Shown one piece after another: positions 60,613 to 64,000 of a DNA stretch of 64,000 nt (position 1 is its first letter; every line of letters begins with the position of its first letter). Source of the DNA: Lama guanicoe (lineage: Eukaryota); contig MU054662.1 in assembly GCA_013239625.1 (NCBI GenBank), positions 8,979,798-9,043,797 of the forward strand, in the 5' to 3' direction. Position numbers and translations under genes: made by a program. The notes under the pieces are model-generated. The model saw only the letters and a program-made list of their open reading frames with translations. It was not told the DNA's origin and searched no databases.

Positions 60613-60886
60613 CATGAAGTTCCCTCCACCTTCCTGAGGTGAGTCTCATCACTGCTACCGACAAACCAGTCAACCTGCCTGGCAAGAAAATCCAGACACA
60701 GCCACTGCGGTCTGCAGACGACGCTTGTGGGATGATGTTTTCGTTCCACACATATGTTTTGCACCTGAGACTGCCAGCTCCGAGGGGAAAATTCTACACT
60801 GAGAATATTTTAAAATAAGTTTTAGTGCAGTGGCTCTTAGCCAGGTATGCATATTTCAGGAGACATTTCAATGGAAATGTAAGCAA

Positions 60887-61135
60887 GCCCTAGCGGTAAA
60901 GAGCATGGAATTTGGAAACATATGACGTGGGTTTCAGGCCCGCCTCCAGCTCTCATCAGCTGTGTGACTCTGGGAAGTTTTCTTCAACTCCAAGTGTGCT
61001 CATTTCTTCGTCTGTAACATGAGGGTCATAATAGTACCTATCACCTAGGGCTGTGAGGAAGATGACATGGAGTAATTTATGTAAAGAATTTAGAACAGGT
61101 TCTTCTTATGCTTGGTGACTATGAGTACATTTGTA
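60887..61135 (+). mobile_element. MIR SINE, near full length
   Basis: tagcggtaaagagcatggaatttgga...cagctgtgtgactctgggaagtt...tcttcgtctgtaacatgagggtcataatagtacctatcacctagggctgtgagga. Confidence 0.85.
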
Positions 61136-61244
61136 CTTTTGTCTTTGTTGTTGTTGTCCCTGGAGTGGGAAGATCTGGGCGTTTTTATGCTGAAAAACCT
61201 GTTCAGGAGATGCTGAGACTTACACCCTTGGTTCAGAACCATTT

Positions 61245-61320
61245 GTCGTCGTCTTCTTCTTCTTCTTCTTCTTCTTCTTCTTCTTCCTCCTCCTCCTCCT
61301 CCTCCTCCTTCTTCTTCTTC
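61245..61320. repeat. Compound trinucleotide repeat (GTC)3(TTC)11(CTC)7C(TTC)4
   Basis: Direct read. Confidence 0.95.
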
Positions 61321-62940
61321 TATTTTTATAGACGTGGAGGAAGCGTTCATCAACAAGAAACAAGTGCAGTGGGATCTCAGTTAATTGGGATGAGCATGGA
61401 TTCCTGGAATCCAGTTCTCACTGGCAAATTATTTCCAGTTATCTCGCCATCTCTCTGTATTTACCATGGACAGCCTTGGGTTCCAGCCCTTGTCCGGGCA
61501 CCAGCTCCTCTTCCTGCAGCCATGAGTGAGCAAAGAAGAGCTTGAGAGCAGGGTAAGGGAAGAAGGAAAGTGTGTGCGCCATCCACCCAGCTCCTGCGGA
61601 GTGGAGAACTCGGTGCCCTCAGAGCTCTTTGCGGGCTGCCCAGCCTTCTGAGAATTGACCAAGATGGGACAAATCTAATGAGAAGCAAGTTACAGCCAAG
61701 TTTATTGAACAATAACCCATTTCCTTCACTTGCAACGAAGAAACATTTTTCTCACTTCCACGGCACAGGGAAAACAATATCAGTGATTTGTGCCGCCCGG
61801 TCATCCAGGCTCTCTCCCAACACGGCTGATTTTCCTGCTGCGTGATATTAACGCTCAGGGCTGAACACGGTTCTCTTTTTCTCTCTGGTGGAGTTTTGGC
61901 TTGTCCCATTTTTATTTGTATTCTCTGTGAAGTCTTGCATCAGAAGAATAAAAAAGACCATGTTCTTGAGAAACCAGTCCCTGAACTGATGTGTTGATCA
62001 GTGAGCAGTGCTGGTGTGGGTAGATGCATTTTGGGTCCGGAATGGGCAAATAACTGCTGAAAGATTCCTGGGGAGGGAGCAGTCCTGACCGACAGCCTCA
62101 GGGTCAGGGTTCCCTCCCAACGTCACACTCCTACAAGGTTCAGGTACTCGCCATCGCTCCGAGGAAATGCTGGAGTGACCAGGCAACTTGTTCAACAAGG
62201 CATTCTTCTTGGTCAATACTTCTGCATTTTTCTGTTCAATTTATTTCAGGCAATGATATCACTCTGGGTTAAAAAACAAACTAATAAAAAAAAAAGGCTC
62301 CAGATGACTCTATGATGTAGGACAAAGCATCTCAAGGAAATAACTTTGAAAGTTGAGAGTTCCAGGAAATAAAAAAACAATCAGAGAATGTGCCTCTGAA
62401 GAATTCAATCACAGCAAAAGTCCATTTCCATTCTCTTGAATTCTAGACAAACAATTTCCAGTTGCAAATATCTTTCAGAAGTACTGTATGCACAAGGTTG
62501 GATATTAAGTTGCTTGACAAATATTTTGGTTCAAAAATGCCTGCCTAGAAGTGCTCCTGGAACAACAATAATGTGGCTTTAGAGACAGCTGGGCTGTTTG
62601 CACATAGGTGTAGCTTGCGTGTTTAATGGACTTTTGCAGAAGGGAATTGCCTGGAAAGCAGCGGGTTTCTATGGATGAATTTGTGACTCCCGATGTGAGG
62701 TGGATGGAAGATTTGCGGAGAAGAGAGAGAGAAACGCAGCCTCTTCATAACCTGTTTTCCCTGGAGGGCCATGGCTATAATGACTTCGACTTTGCTGTGA
62801 TGGACTCAACAAACAATTTAGCCTGTGCTTCGGCTCCCAGACAGAATCTCAAGTTACCTAGCTGAACGGGCATCCTACCTGGACTCTGAGCCCCCTCCTG
62901 GGGTCTCATTTGGGATACTCACAGCTAACATTTCTGAGAA

Positions 62941-62979
62941 GTGTGTGAATGTGCATGTGTGTGTGTGAGTATGTGTGTG
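62941..62979. repeat. Imperfect (TG)n
   Basis: Direct read. Confidence 0.85.
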
Positions 62980-64000
62980 GGGGGCACTATTTTCAAGGAC
63001 AAATGAGGCCAGTGCTATTTAGGGAAACCTCTTAACTTTGGGCAGAAGTGCAGTAAGCCTGTGACATCTTCACAGAAGACCCCAAAGTTCTGGATGTGGC
63101 TCGTCTGCAGAGGTAAGTGTTCCCTGATCTTGGGACAAAGCAGTTAAAATCCTGGACTCCCTGCATCCTGGAGAGAAACCCTGTAGCTTCTTTTCTCTAG
63201 GGTGTGGGGTAGACCTGTTTGGTCACACTCGTTAGTGACTGCGGATTTTGGGAACCTTGTCTCAGGACAACCTCAGCACCTCATGAAGTGTTAAGAGCTG
63301 AACTGGTGGCTGCAGAAAGAGGCTGGACCTCCCTCTCCCCAGACTGCTTCCCTCTCCCCACAGTCTGATGGATTAAAGCTTGGGGAGCTTCTGGGGGAAG
63401 AAGAGCCCAGGTAACACGGTGACCCTTCCTCCTGCTCCTTTTTAGTTCCTTCCCATCTCCCCAGATGACAGAAGGGCCCCTGCTTGGTTTTCATTATGGC
63501 TGAGAGTCTGCCAATAACATGCCATTTGCTATCCCAAATCTGTAAAGAGCTGTAGGCAGGCCATTCCCTTTTTTTTAAGTTTAATTCCCCCAGGTGACTC
63601 ACCTGGGCTTTTAATAACGTTCAGCTCCATTTTAAACCCCTAGCCCTGAATGTGCAGCTGGGAGTCTATTCCTGTGGGCGTTTGGTTATTGTCGAGTTAA
63701 CGAAAATGCCAGTCCTCCCACTTGCCCTTGGTTGAGGTGGCATGCGCTGAGAGTAAGAACGCTCTGGATGAAGGGTGGTTTCCGGTGATGTCCTGAAGTT
63801 TTCTCCACCTGTGAGGATTTTCCATCCCCGCTCCTGGCAAAGAGTTTTACAGCATGAAGCTAACGAGAGAAATGTCTGTCGCCCAAACTCGCCCATTCTC
63901 TGTTCTTTGGGTCTGCTGCACTGGCACGTGGATCTTTCTTCGGTTGTTTTCGCTGGGTTGCCCATCTTGGACCACTCTGGGAAGTCGCTAGACCCACTGT

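Noticed and set aside
61090-61545. Poly-Ser and poly-Arg/Gly ORFs
   Set aside because: Translations of the trinucleotide repeat.

Overview
Mammalian non-coding genomic DNA, most likely camelid: a tRNA-Ala-derived Vic-1-type SINE sits at 15375-15476 and a cetartiodactyl-type L1 3' end at 11605-11846. It reads as a long intron or intergenic block. I could not support any host protein-coding exon, structural RNA gene or CRISPR array, and nearly all ORFs in the track look like chance ORFs in GC-rich DNA. The window is dominated by ancient repeats: over 20 MIR fragments, more than 10 L2 fragments (one keeps a recognisable APE endonuclease reading frame), two CR1/L3 pieces, five MER5-type hAT MITEs, MLT1 and LTR33-type LTRs, microsatellites and two assembly gaps. 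Repeat families were called by eye from remembered consensus motifs, so boundaries are approximate. The best non-routine signals are: (1) a near-canonical 21-bp REST/NRSF RE1 site at 36126-36146, which with RFX, POU and homeodomain motif clusters suggests the regulatory landscape of a neural gene; (2) a ~270-bp foldback element at 59919-60187, built from ~28-31-bp subrepeats with exact 16-bp terminal inverted repeats, that I cannot assign to a family; (3) a perfect 32-bp palindrome at 55512-55543; (4) patches where old repeats appear shifted toward G/C and CpG. I found no convincing new multi-gene biological system.
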